Shown: positions 9,841 to 19,639, counted from the first letter of the stretch. The stretch is 64,000 nt of DNA from a virus (IMGVR_UViG_3300028374_000002:96001-160000), one strand, 5' to 3'. Notes: generated from the sequence alone by a model not told the origin. Made by a program: numbers and translations.

Positions 9841-11502
9841 ATGTCATTTAAAAAAGACTTAACCAAATTTAAACCAAGGAAAGAGCAACGAGAAACTATG
9901 GAGTTTATAGATTCGGAGTATAAGTCTAATCCATTGAAGAAGTTTTTCCTATTAGATTTACCAGTTGGTACTGGTAAATCACACCTAACATTTATGATTA
10001 CTGACTGGTATAGGAAAAATGTAAATAAAGCAACTAGAGTAGATGTCATAACAAATACTAAAATATTACAAGATCAGTATTCAGACACTTACGAATCAAT
10101 AGCAAACTTAAAAGGAAAAGATAATTATGAGTGTGCCAGTTATGCTTGTTCATGTGCACAGGGATCTGAATTTAATAAACTTAACAAGACCAAGTGTGAA
10201 GAATGTCCTTATACATCTGCAAGAGAAAACTTTATAAATGGTGGCATATCTTTAAGTAATTTTTACCTTTATATTCTTTATGCTATGAACAACACAAAAG
10301 TAATGGAAAGGAGAAATTCTAAAGTTTTGATTGTTGACGAAAGCCATCAGTTTGACGATGTGATGTCTAGTTTTATCTCTGTAAAAGTGACACATGCTAT
10401 GATCAAGCGATATAAGTTTTCACGACAAAAAGAGCTATTAAGAGAACTAGAATATGTTAAAGGTATTGAAAAATATGTTGATTTTCTACAATACCTAAGT
10501 AATGAAATAGTAGATACTATTGAGGGAATGGAAATGAACTTATCATCTGTTAAAAGAGACCAGAAAAAAGAAAAAAGAAATCTTAGACTAGATAAAGTTC
10601 TTAACAGTAATAAAAACCCAGATGTTAAATTAATGAACTTAATAACAGATCTTAAACAATTGGCTATAAAGATAGAACTTTTTTTAAAAGAATATAAAAT
10701 AAATCCTGATAACTGGGTACTTGAAGCAATTTTTAATGAGAAGACTAAAAAGAGAGAATTATCATTAGAGCCTGTCTGGGCTTACGATTACCTTGATAAA
10801 TATATATTTAGTCAATATGATATGGTGTTTTTGATGTCAGGGACAATTTTAAATAAAGAACTGTTTTGCAACCTAAATGGATTGGATGTTAAAAGAGCTA
10901 CATACTATAATATACCTTCACCATTCAATGTTAAATCAAGGCCAATATTTTATATGCCACTTGGTAAAATGTCATTTAAAAATAAAGAACAAACTTTTAA
11001 AAATTACATACCTTATATTAAAAAAATACTTAATAAATATAAAGGTAAGAAAGGAATAATACATACAAATTCTTTTGAATTACAAAGATGGATACAAGAA
11101 AGTATTGAAAATCCAAGACTTATATTCCATGACTCGTCAAATAAGGATGAAATGCTTAAAATGCACAAAGAATCAAAAGAACCAACTGTATTAGTTTCAC
11201 CATCTGTTGGTACTGGTGTTTCGTTTGATAATGATGATGCTAGGTTTCAGATAATTGCTAAAATACCATACCCATCATTGGCATCTAAAAAGAATAAACT
11301 AAGACAAAAGCAAAACTCTGATTGGTATTCATGGATGACATCAGCACTTCTACAACAAGCTTGTGGTAGAATAGTTAGGTCTAAGTTAGATTATGGAGAT
11401 ACTATAATAATAGATTCCTCTTTTGGAGACGTGATTAGATATTCTAGCAAATTCTTACCACATTGGTTTCAAAATGCGATAAAAACAATAAATGTTAAAT
11501 AA
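9841..11502 (+). CDS. dinG: DinG/YoaA-family Fe-S helicase
   Basis: PVGTGKS, Cys cluster CASYACSC...CEECPY, DESH, MSGT, QACGRIVRSKLDYG. Confidence 0.8.
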   Translation: MSFKKDLTKFKPRKEQRETMEFIDSEYKSNPLKKFFLLDLPVGTGKSHLTFMITDWYRKNVNKATRVDVITNTKILQDQYSDTYESIANLKGKDNYECASYACSCAQGSEFNKLNKTKCEECPYTSARENFINGGISLSNFYLYILYAMNNTKVMERRNSKVLIVDESHQFDDVMSSFISVKVTHAMIKRYKFSRQKELLRELEYVKGIEKYVDFLQYLSNEIVDTIEGMEMNLSSVKRDQKKEKRNLRLDKVLNSNKNPDVKLMNLITDLKQLAIKIELFLKEYKINPDNWVLEAIFNEKTKKRELSLEPVWAYDYLDKYIFSQYDMVFLMSGTILNKELFCNLNGLDVKRATYYNIPSPFNVKSRPIFYMPLGKMSFKNKEQTFKNYIPYIKKILNKYKGKKGIIHTNSFELQRWIQESIENPRLIFHDSSNKDEMLKMHKESKEPTVLVSPSVGTGVSFDNDDARFQIIAKIPYPSLASKKNKLRQKQNSDWYSWMTSALLQQACGRIVRSKLDYGDTIIIDSSFGDVIRYSSKFLPHWFQNAIKTINVK

Positions 11503-11527
11503 AAAATGCCCTTAGAGGGCATTTTTT
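11501..11527. terminator. Bidirectional terminator
   Basis: AAAAAATGCCC-TTAGA-GGGCATTTTTT between convergent genes. Confidence 0.85.
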
Positions 11528-11906
11528 ATTTTTTATCTTTTTTATTTTTCTTAGCTTTCTTGATTATAGAATCTTTCAAATGTATTGGTAATTTTTTTTG
11601 TTTAGCAGTTAAATACTCATCTTCATCTTTTTTAATGATTTCTGCCTTTAATTTCTTGGGTAACTTCTTTTGTTTATCTGTTAAAGATTCAACTACTTTA
11701 TCACTTAACTTCTTTTTAATTTCTTCTCTTTTCTCGTCATTTAAATCTTCCTCACCTTCATCTGAGTACTGATCATCCATAAGTTCATCCTCTAGTTCTG
11801 ATTCTTCACCCTCTTCGTTATTTTCACTATCTTCCATCCATTCGTTTTCATCTTCTTCTGAAAATCTTCCAAGGTCAAAACTTTCAAATGTTTTTAGGTG
11901 CTTCAT
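11526..11906 (-). CDS. Acidic/basic small protein with capsid-targeting-like N-terminus
   Basis: MKHLKTFESF; poly-E tract; duplicated LTxKQKKLP motif; TTAATATATA upstream on the minus strand (11935-11944). Confidence 0.6.
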   Translation of the reverse strand: MKHLKTFESFDLGRFSEEDENEWMEDSENNEEGEESELEDELMDDQYSDEGEEDLNDEKREEIKKKLSDKVVESLTDKQKKLPKKLKAEIIKKDEDEYLTAKQKKLPIHLKDSIIKKAKKNKKDKK

Positions 11907-12021
11907 TGCTTTTTATCTATTTTTTTATATAACATATATATTAATGTCTAATAACCATTTTTGTCATTTTGTACTAATATAGTAAAATATTTTAAAGGTT
12001 AATATAGTTAATATATAGTAT

Positions 12022-12810
12022 ATGAATAAAATAAAGAAATTTAACGAATATTCAAACATTGCCTCGATGGTCGATTGCTTTATGCATTCATTATACCAAA
12101 TATCAGAAAAAAATTCTATAAGTGATGACATATACAATAAACACAAAGATAGTATAATATCTAAATTTAATATAGAATTAAAAGATTTGGGGATGTTTTC
12201 TGATAAAGTATCTATGTTTATGCCCATAATAAATGAACTACTATCTAACTGTGATAGAATAGAATTAGAAGAAGAAGTGTCTGTTATAGCATCAATTTGT
12301 ACTTTTTATGTTATTTGCTTAGAATATGAGACATATCCAAATAAAGATGAGAATATACTGACAACTACTTCAAAAACACTATTGGAGGAATTGAAATTAA
12401 GAGGCGTTGGAAATGGTGTCATTAAAAAAATAATTAAGTCATTATATAGCATAAAGGACTTATTCTCATTTGTGTATAAAGATACTGATACTGATATAGA
12501 TGAATTCTCTGATTTACTTAAAATAAAAGGATTATCAAATCTACTCAAAGCAACACTTAGTGTTATTAGCTCAAATAAATTTGATTATAACAACTGTCCA
12601 AAAGAACTTCTAAGCATAATAGGGGGTATTGAGTCTAGTGTGTCAAGGGAAGATATGAATAAATTATTAAAGTCTATAGACTCCGATGATGTGAATAAAG
12701 AACAAATAATAAAAAACACTAAACCAAAGAAAATAAATAAGTTTGATGTAGATTCTCCAAATGGTATAGGCACTGAATATAATGATTCAGAAATGATTAA
12801 AGAGCAGTAG
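12022..12810 (+). CDS. Hypothetical protein with capsid-targeting-like N-terminus
   Basis: MNKIKKFNEY; TTAATATATA 4 nt before the ATG. Confidence 0.6.
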   Translation: MNKIKKFNEYSNIASMVDCFMHSLYQISEKNSISDDIYNKHKDSIISKFNIELKDLGMFSDKVSMFMPIINELLSNCDRIELEEEVSVIASICTFYVICLEYETYPNKDENILTTTSKTLLEELKLRGVGNGVIKKIIKSLYSIKDLFSFVYKDTDTDIDEFSDLLKIKGLSNLLKATLSVISSNKFDYNNCPKELLSIIGGIESSVSREDMNKLLKSIDSDDVNKEQIIKNTKPKKINKFDVDSPNGIGTEYNDSEMIKEQ

Positions 12811-12854
12811 TACTAAACAAACGGCTTTCCTAAAACTATAAAGGGGAAAGTACA

Positions 12855-13157
12855 ATGATGAAAAATATAAATTTATTATTTCCAACTATCTTAAAAGTTG
12901 CTGTTAAAACAGTTAGCACGGATTTTGCTACTATTGATGATGAAGAATTAGACAAAATTAGAAATATTGTAAAGACAGAAAACAGAATATCTAAAATAAA
13001 ATCAATACTAGAGGATAGCCAGTATGTAGAAAAACAAATAGAGGATAATAGTTCATACAAAGAACTTATGAAATCGGGTATATTACCGATTTCAACACAC
13101 CCTTCTGGAAGCATATTCTACCTTGATTACATGTATGATAATACAAATAAATCTTAA
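12855..13157 (+). CDS. Hypothetical protein
   Basis: ORF directly upstream of the helicase; no motif recognised. Confidence 0.6.
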   Translation: MMKNINLLFPTILKVAVKTVSTDFATIDDEELDKIRNIVKTENRISKIKSILEDSQYVEKQIEDNSSYKELMKSGILPISTHPSGSIFYLDYMYDNTNKS

Positions 13158-13216
13158 AAACACAAAGATAGGTAAACTTAAATATCTTATCACGTATAAT
13201 ATTAAAATAGAAATAT

Positions 13217-13945
13217 ATGACACCACAATTAGAAAAAGTATTCTTCAGCTATATTCTTTCAAATAGAAAAAAATACTATGAAATAGTTAAACCATTTTTC
13301 TTTAAAAATTCAACAATTCAGTTTGTATATGAGGTTATGAGAAATTACATGCTTACATCCACTGAAACAAAGCCCCCTAGTAATAGGCAAATACTAGATA
13401 TGGTATCATTAGAAGATAAAGAAGGTATCATAACAAAGCCTATGCTCAAATCTATATTAGATGTTAACCTAAGTGAATACAATGAAGTTAATTTTATACT
13501 TCCAAAGTTTAATGGATGGGTGCTGTCTAATAGAATCAAAACTGGAACAGTTGATGTCATAGAGGAAACTAGAAATTTGGATAACATATCAGACTTTGCA
13601 CATGCTGTTGAATCTGCTAATAAAATAAAAAGTATTATCAATGAGATGTCATCTGTAAATTTTGTACAAGATGAAGATATGGGATCTGATTTTGATGAAC
13701 CAGAAAACCATGTTCAAGATTCCTCAAGGTTTAAAGTAAAATGTGGATTCGAAACAATAGACCATATGCTAGGTGGTGGTTGGGATATCTCAACTTTGAA
13801 CGTAATTATGGCTCAAACTAATGGTGGTAAATGTTTTTCTACTAAAACACTTGTAAACACTAGAGTCAAGGACACTAATATTATTAAAGAGATAGAAATC
13901 GGAGAACTATTTAATGATATTAGTAATCAAAATAGTAATAGCTAA
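13217..13945 (+). CDS. dnaB: gp41/DnaB replicative helicase, N-part, ending in a 37-aa N-intein
   Basis: GFETIDHMLGGG...MAQTNGGK then CFSTKT (intein block A) and a stop. Confidence 0.9.
   Translation: MTPQLEKVFFSYILSNRKKYYEIVKPFFFKNSTIQFVYEVMRNYMLTSTETKPPSNRQILDMVSLEDKEGIITKPMLKSILDVNLSEYNEVNFILPKFNGWVLSNRIKTGTVDVIEETRNLDNISDFAHAVESANKIKSIINEMSSVNFVQDEDMGSDFDEPENHVQDSSRFKVKCGFETIDHMLGGGWDISTLNVIMAQTNGGKCFSTKTLVNTRVKDTNIIKEIEIGELFNDISNQNSNS
13832..13942 (+). mobile_element. Atypical short N-intein (37 aa) in the helicase Walker A motif
   Basis: Cys1 directly after GGK; CFSTKTLV...EIEIGELF. Confidence 0.85.
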
Positions 13946-14023
13946 ATTGTGTAAAATAAAGAGAGGTATCTAAACTTAACAAATTTTACAAGTATAATAA
14001 TCACACATAAATATAAAATATTA

Positions 14024-14467
14024 ATGAATAGTAATTTTAAAATAATAGAAGCCGATTCTCTCTTAGAAGGTGAGTACGACAAACCATTATATGATAAGTT
14101 CGTAGAAGCTTATGGGGTTAATAATTTAGAAGTTGAAACACCACAAGGGTGGATTGATATTGAAGGAATTGGAAAAACTATTAAATATGAAGAATATAAA
14201 CTAATCCTTGCTAATGGGTGTGAATTGATATGTGCAGATGACCATATACTATACAGATGTGATAATCTGAACTTTATTAGTAGGAAGTGTGACATAACAG
14301 AACTATTTTGTAAGAACTTAGAATTAGGTGATTTTATAATGACCAAAGAAGGCCCTGAGATGATAATGGATTTTGATAAGACTGGAAAAGAATCACATAT
14401 GTATGACTTACAACTTGGTGTAGGTTCTGATAAAAAATACTACACTAATGGTATATTAAGTCACAAC
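14024..14467 (+). mobile_element. Long C-intein (148 aa), Ser+1
   Basis: VETPQGW, block B CADDHIL, block F MYDL, block G SHN|S. Confidence 0.85.
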
Positions 14468-15184
14468 TCACTTTGGATGCAGAACTTTGCAGTAAAGAGT
14501 GCCAATAGTGGACATAACGTACTATACATTACACTAGAGATGAGTGAAAGAAAAGTTATGAAGAGGTTGGGTTCTATGCGTTTGAAAATACCTATAAATG
14601 ATTATGATACAATATCAAAAGATACTGAACTCATAAGAAGGAAGATAAAGGGATTATCTAGTATATCAGAAAATGATTTATTTGATAAGAAGGTAGGTAA
14701 GATAATGACTAAGTTTTGGGCAGCTGGTACTGCAAATATTGATGACTTTGATTATTATATCCAAAAGTTAAAAGATAAGAGAGATATAAAAATAGATATG
14801 ATTATAGTAGATTATATAACACTCATAGCACCATTAAAAGCACCAGGTGTTGATAGTCTCTATACTAAGGGTAAACAACTTGCTGAAGGTTTGAGGGCAT
14901 TAGGGGCTAAATATTCATGCCCAGTTGTAACTGGTGTACAAGTAGCTAAAGATGCTTGGAATTCATCTGATATAACACTAGAAAGTGTACCAGAATCTAA
15001 GGCTATCGCAGAAACTGCCGACACATTTTTTGCAATAATAAGAACGGAAGAAATGAAAAGGCAAAACCTATTCAGATTTAAACTTCTTAAACAAAGAGAT
15101 GGAGATTTTCTTAAATCACAGGTTAGACTAACATTAAACACGACATATCTAACATTAGAGGGTGATATGTTTGTTGATCAATAA
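14024..15184 (+). CDS. dnaB: gp41/DnaB helicase, C-part, starting with a 148-aa C-intein
   Basis: ...YTNGILSHN then SLWMQNFA; YITLEMSE, IIVDYI, SKAIAETAD, KQRDG helicase motifs. Confidence 0.9.
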   Translation: MNSNFKIIEADSLLEGEYDKPLYDKFVEAYGVNNLEVETPQGWIDIEGIGKTIKYEEYKLILANGCELICADDHILYRCDNLNFISRKCDITELFCKNLELGDFIMTKEGPEMIMDFDKTGKESHMYDLQLGVGSDKKYYTNGILSHNSLWMQNFAVKSANSGHNVLYITLEMSERKVMKRLGSMRLKIPINDYDTISKDTELIRRKIKGLSSISENDLFDKKVGKIMTKFWAAGTANIDDFDYYIQKLKDKRDIKIDMIIVDYITLIAPLKAPGVDSLYTKGKQLAEGLRALGAKYSCPVVTGVQVAKDAWNSSDITLESVPESKAIAETADTFFAIIRTEEMKRQNLFRFKLLKQRDGDFLKSQVRLTLNTTYLTLEGDMFVDQ

Positions 15185-15203
15185 ATTAAAAAAAAGATAA
15201 AAA

Positions 15204-16094
15204 ATGACTAGAAAAATTAAAGAGATTAAGGGACAGAAAGAACAGTTAGAAAACCACGAATATGACTTTATTGACGATGACGACAGTCTAGAAATATCCA
15301 TAGAGATAAATGAAGATGATTTTAACATCTCTGACAATGATGAAAGTGTAGATTCTGATGATGTTGAGAATGACAAAAGTGTTGAAATATCTAAACATAA
15401 AAGTGAGGGTAAGCATTCTTTAAAATATGATTCCATTTTCAAGGGGAAAAAAGAAGAACCTGTAAGTGAAGATGGTCCAGATAATATCTCAACATCTGTT
15501 AAAGATAATATAGAAATAGACAAAACATCATCCTATTACAAGCAATCAGTGGACTATGAAGCTTATATTAGAGAAAAAAAAGTAAAGGAAAAAGTATATG
15601 ATGTTCTTAAAAATAAGACTAGTCTTAGCTTTACATCAAATAGAAGAAAGCCTTCACGTATAGACTTTAATAAGTACTATAGGCTTATTAAAAAAGAACT
15701 AAATGACGAGAATTTTACCAATGTAGAATTATTTAATGAACTATCTGTATACTTTTCTGATAATTTATTTAATATGTTTAAACTATTAGATAATAAGTGG
15801 CGTACATCAATTATTGATGAATTACAAGAGCATATTGGAAAGGGTTCAAACTCTAAAGATGTTACAAACAGAAATATATATGAAGGAACTGAAATAGAGT
15901 TTCTTGTAGTTGAAAATTCAATATCTAAATTAATAACTGGTGTTGTTCTAGAAACTAACTATGAAGATTCTATTTACAGAGTTGACTCTTATGAGAATAA
16001 ATATGATGTTGACTTAGAGGATATCACTAAGATTTTGAATAATACAAAGTACAAATATAATTTAAATAAATTAGATCATATAGATTTTTTATAG
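15204..16094 (+). CDS. Hypothetical protein, acidic N-terminus
   Basis: 296-aa ORF between the helicase and nrdA. Confidence 0.7.
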   Translation: MTRKIKEIKGQKEQLENHEYDFIDDDDSLEISIEINEDDFNISDNDESVDSDDVENDKSVEISKHKSEGKHSLKYDSIFKGKKEEPVSEDGPDNISTSVKDNIEIDKTSSYYKQSVDYEAYIREKKVKEKVYDVLKNKTSLSFTSNRRKPSRIDFNKYYRLIKKELNDENFTNVELFNELSVYFSDNLFNMFKLLDNKWRTSIIDELQEHIGKGSNSKDVTNRNIYEGTEIEFLVVENSISKLITGVVLETNYEDSIYRVDSYENKYDVDLEDITKILNNTKYKYNLNKLDHIDFL

Positions 16095-16203
16095 TCTAAA
16101 TTATTAGTAATAAAAACTAGTTTAATTTTAAACATTATATGTTTGGGGAATATAAAATATTGATATATAAAATACATTAATAACAAAAAATAAATAATAA
16201 AGT

Positions 16204-17400
16204 ATGATAAAGGTAGTAAAAAGAAATGGTAAGAAAGAACCAGTAATGCTAGATAAAATTCTAGATAGAATAGAGCAACAAACTTATGGATTAGATAGAA
16301 AATGGGTAAGTCCATTTGATGTTGCACAAAAAGTAATTGGTGGTGTTGCACCAGATATAAAGACCTCAGTCCTAGATAAACTAGCAACCGAGACAGCTGC
16401 CGCATTAGCTACTAAGCACCCAGATTATTCAATATTAGCATCAAGATTAGCTATAACTGCATTGCATAAAGATACGAAAAAATCATTTTCTGAAACGGTT
16501 AAAGATTTATACAAATATATAAATCCAAAGACAAATGAGAAATCACCAATTGTGTCTAAAAGTTTCTATGAGATTGTTAAGAAAAATGCAGATAAGCTAG
16601 ACTCTGCTATAATACATACTAGAGACCATCATTTTGATTTCTTTGGTTTCAAAACATTAGAGAAGTCTTATTTGTTAAAAATAAATGGTGAAGTTGCAGA
16701 ACGTCCTCAATATATGTATATGAGAACTGCCATACAAATATGGCAAGATAATATTGATAAAGTTATTGAGACATATAATACGATGTCTGAGGGGTATTAC
16801 ACACACGCTACACCAACTTTATTCAATTCTGGTACTAGGAGACCACAATTATCTTCTTGCTTCTTATTAGACACGGAAGATGATTCTATTGAAGGGATAT
16901 TTAACACTCTTAAAGAATCTGCTCAAATATCTAAAAACGCAGGTGGGATAGGTATTAATTTCAATAATGTAAGAGCAAAGGGTAGTTATATAGCAGGTAC
17001 TAACGGTACTTCGAATGGTATAATTCCTTTCTTAAAGATTTATAATGAAACTGCTAGAGCAGTTGACCAGTGCTTTACACCAGAGAGTAAAGTAATAACA
17101 GAGAGAGGTGTTATAAACATAAATGAAGTAGAAAGGGGTGACAAAGTCTTGACTAGTGATGGTGTTTATAATTCTGTCATAAAGAGAAAAGATTTTAATA
17201 AATCAGATGACTTTATAACAATTACAACAAAGAGTGGTGTTAATAGAGTTACTAAAGGTCACCAAATATTAGTTATTAGAGGTTTGGATAAAGACATATC
17301 TAAAGAAGCCATTAAAGAAGGGATTAAGCAAGGTGTATATAATGTAGAATGGATTTCTGCTAATGAATTAATGAAAAGTGATAAAATAGTAAAATACTAA
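16204..17400 (+). CDS. nrdA: NrdA piece 1 (ATP cone + first catalytic Cys) + N-intein 1
   Basis: VVKRNG ATP cone, ATPTLFN, QLSSCFL, GGIG, RAVDQ then CFTPES. Confidence 0.95.
   Translation: MIKVVKRNGKKEPVMLDKILDRIEQQTYGLDRKWVSPFDVAQKVIGGVAPDIKTSVLDKLATETAAALATKHPDYSILASRLAITALHKDTKKSFSETVKDLYKYINPKTNEKSPIVSKSFYEIVKKNADKLDSAIIHTRDHHFDFFGFKTLEKSYLLKINGEVAERPQYMYMRTAIQIWQDNIDKVIETYNTMSEGYYTHATPTLFNSGTRRPQLSSCFLLDTEDDSIEGIFNTLKESAQISKNAGGIGINFNNVRAKGSYIAGTNGTSNGIIPFLKIYNETARAVDQCFTPESKVITERGVININEVERGDKVLTSDGVYNSVIKRKDFNKSDDFITITTKSGVNRVTKGHQILVIRGLDKDISKEAIKEGIKQGVYNVEWISANELMKSDKIVKY
17071..17397 (+). mobile_element. Split intein 1, N-part (109 aa)
   Basis: CFTPESKVIT, GDKVLT, block B TKGHQIL, WISANEL...D. 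Confidence 0.9.
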
Positions 17401-17410
17401 TATTTGTAGT

Positions 17411-17420
17411 TTAATATATA
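17411..17420 (+). promoter_or_regulatory. Phage promoter TTAATATATA ahead of the first intein-splitting endonuclease
   Basis: Exact match to the recurrent intergenic motif, correct orientation. Confidence 0.6.
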
Positions 17421-17466
17421 TAGTAACAATCCTCTAGGGTTTGTAAAAAATATATTAAACTATAGT

Positions 17467-18390
17467 ATGGTAAAGTGTAATACGGAAGAAACAATTAAAA
17501 AATTTAAAAAAAAGCATAGTAATAAATATAGTTATGAGTTAGTTAAATATAAATCAGCAATATCTAAGGTTAGTATAATATGTAGTAAGCATGGAATATT
17601 TGAGATAACGCCAAATAGTCATTTAAATGGTTCTGGTTGTAGTTTATGTGGTAGAGAAAGAACTGGTGAGAGCAAAAAGTCTGATACATCCTTGTTTGTA
17701 AAATCTGCTAATAGAGTACATTCTCATAAATATAATTATAATAGATGTACCTATATAACAAATTTAGACAATGTTACAATAACTTGTAAAAAACATGGCG
17801 ACTTTTACCAACAAGCTAGAAAGCATTTATCTGGACAAGGCTGTAAAAAATGTGCTAATGAAAGCCAATATTGTAATTTCGTAGAAAAATGTGAGAAAAA
17901 GTATAAAGACTATTTATATAGTAAAGTAAACTACAAAGGTATGTGTAGTGATGTTATAATAACTTGTAAAAAACATGGCGATTTCAGTATTAAAGCTGCC
18001 AATTTTTATCATAAAGGAAGAGGTTGTAAATTATGTAAAACATATAATAAGTCTATTAAAGAAGGCGAATGGTTAGATGATATGGGGATAGATAACATCA
18101 ATAGAAATGTGTATATTAATTTTGGTAAAAAGGTTTTCTGTGTAGATGGTATAGATAAGAAAAGAAAAATAATATACGAATTTTATGGTGACTTTTTCCA
18201 CGGAAATCCTGAAGTTTATAAAAAAACAGATATAAATCCACTTCTTAAAGAAGAATATGGAAAACTTTATAAAAAAACAAAAGATAAAGAAAACATTATT
18301 ATCTCAAATGGATATAAGATAATATATATTTGGGAAAATGATTATAATAAAAATAAAAATAAAAACGGAAAGTATGAAAGAAAACATTGA
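17467..18390 (+). CDS. Free-standing endonuclease (CxxHG...CxxC zinc repeats + Vsr/DUF559-like domain) splitting intein 1
   Basis: Three C.KHG.F..GC..C modules; VDG...IYEFYGDFFHG...IWE. Confidence 0.8.
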   Translation: MVKCNTEETIKKFKKKHSNKYSYELVKYKSAISKVSIICSKHGIFEITPNSHLNGSGCSLCGRERTGESKKSDTSLFVKSANRVHSHKYNYNRCTYITNLDNVTITCKKHGDFYQQARKHLSGQGCKKCANESQYCNFVEKCEKKYKDYLYSKVNYKGMCSDVIITCKKHGDFSIKAANFYHKGRGCKLCKTYNKSIKEGEWLDDMGIDNINRNVYINFGKKVFCVDGIDKKRKIIYEFYGDFFHGNPEVYKKTDINPLLKEEYGKLYKKTKDKENIIISNGYKIIYIWENDYNKNKNKNGKYERKH

Positions 18391-18565
18391 AAGTGGAACA
18401 GAATGGATTGAAGATCCTGTTGATTTAAATCTAATTATAGACAATTTAGATTTTGAAGGTATAGAGGATATATCAATTAATAAAATAGAGAATCAAAATG
18501 TTCATGATCTAGAGATAGAAAATCAACATAATTATATTGTTGATGGGCTAGGAATAGTTCATAAC
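18374..18565 (+). mobile_element. Split intein 1, C-part (64 aa), followed by Gly+1
   Basis: [22 protein letters not shown]; next codons are GGT GGA GGT. Confidence 0.85.
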
Positions 18566-19604
18566 GGTGGAGGTAAATAAGCGTATGCTTCCACTTTAAA
18601 AAATTTGGAGAATTGCTGGGAAATTCTTAGAGTTATCATTACTACAACATAAAGAGTAATCTTAAGTGTGAAAGTTAAAAAAATGATAAATTGGACAATC
18701 AGCAGCCGCCTTTCTTAGGGATAAGAAAAAGGTTCAACGACTAATGAGAGTAATGTAGACCACAAGAAATCAACACGAGCACCAAACACAGAAATGTGAA
18801 GATATAGTCTGATCTTGTATGAAAGTATAAGAAATTAGGATAAAGACCCTAATGATAACAAAGTAAATGAAACGCAAAGGAAGTATAGCCATTTATATGG
18901 AACCATGGCATGCTGATATTATGGAGTTCTTAGATTTAAGAAAAAACCAAGGTAAGGAAGAAATCAGGGCTAGAGATTTATTCCTAGCTATGTGGATGAA
19001 TGACCTATTTATGGAAAGAGTTGATTTGGACAAAGATTGGTCTTTGATGTGTCCTAACGAATGTAAAGGATTGGGTGATACTTATGGTGATGAATTTCGT
19101 GAGTTATACCTTAAATATGAAAGTGAGGGAAAATATAAAAAGGTTGTTAAGGCTAGAGAAGTTTGGAATAAAATCTTAGAGTCTCAAATAGAAACTGGTA
19201 CACCTTATATACTCTATAAAGATACTATTAATGAGAGGTCTAATCAAAAGAATATTGGTGTTATCAAAAGTTCCAATCTTTGTCTAGACGGTAGTAGCTT
19301 GGTAAGATGTAAGATTAATGGTGTTGAAGAAGAACTTGATATGGTTACTATAGATGGTTTGTTTAAAGATGGTAAGGTAATAGAAGTTTTATCTAGAGAT
19401 GTTAAGAATGGTCTTGATGAGTGGTGTCTAGTTGAGAATTCAGGAATGATAAACAATAATGCAGAAACAATTAAAGTAACAGACAAAGAAACTGATAACT
19501 TTATAATATGTACAGAAGATCATAAAATATGGACTGAAAACAGAGGATATATTAAGGCAATTGATTTAAACGTGGATGATATAGTTAAAATTATGGAATC
19601 ATAA
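18374..19604 (+). CDS. nrdA: NrdA piece 2: C-intein 1 + extein + N-intein 2; spliced join(18374..18574,18870..19604), 311 aa
   Basis: IVHN|GGG [intron] [14 protein letters not shown] ... ETGTPY ... KSSNL|CLDG; splicing restores the conserved VDQGGGKRKG. Confidence 0.9.
18575..18869 (+). mobile_element. ORF-less group I intron (295 nt)
   Basis: P AATTGCTGGGAA 18611, Q AATCAGCAG 18697, R GTTCAACGACTA 18732, S AAGATATAGTC 18799; P1 GTGGAGGT/GCTTCCAC with U.G at the 5' splice site; terminal G; GAAA-capped P8 and P9. Confidence 0.92.
19281..19601 (+). mobile_element. Split intein 2, N-part (107 aa)
   Basis: SNL|CLDGSS; block B CTEDHKIW; YIKAIDL...DD. Confidence 0.9.
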
Positions 19605-19639
19605 ATATCGGCAAATAAAATTATCAGAAACACACATAA

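Noticed and set aside
13943-14023. Readthrough or frameshift joining the helicase halves
   Set aside because: Two in-frame TAA codons and a non-coding-like AT-rich spacer; the break position matches known atypical split inteins.
18867-19604. ORF-track start at 18867 as an independent gene
   Set aside because: That ATG is the last three bases of the group I intron; splicing links the exon to the C-intein and restores GGGKRKG. It is kept only as a possible minor product.
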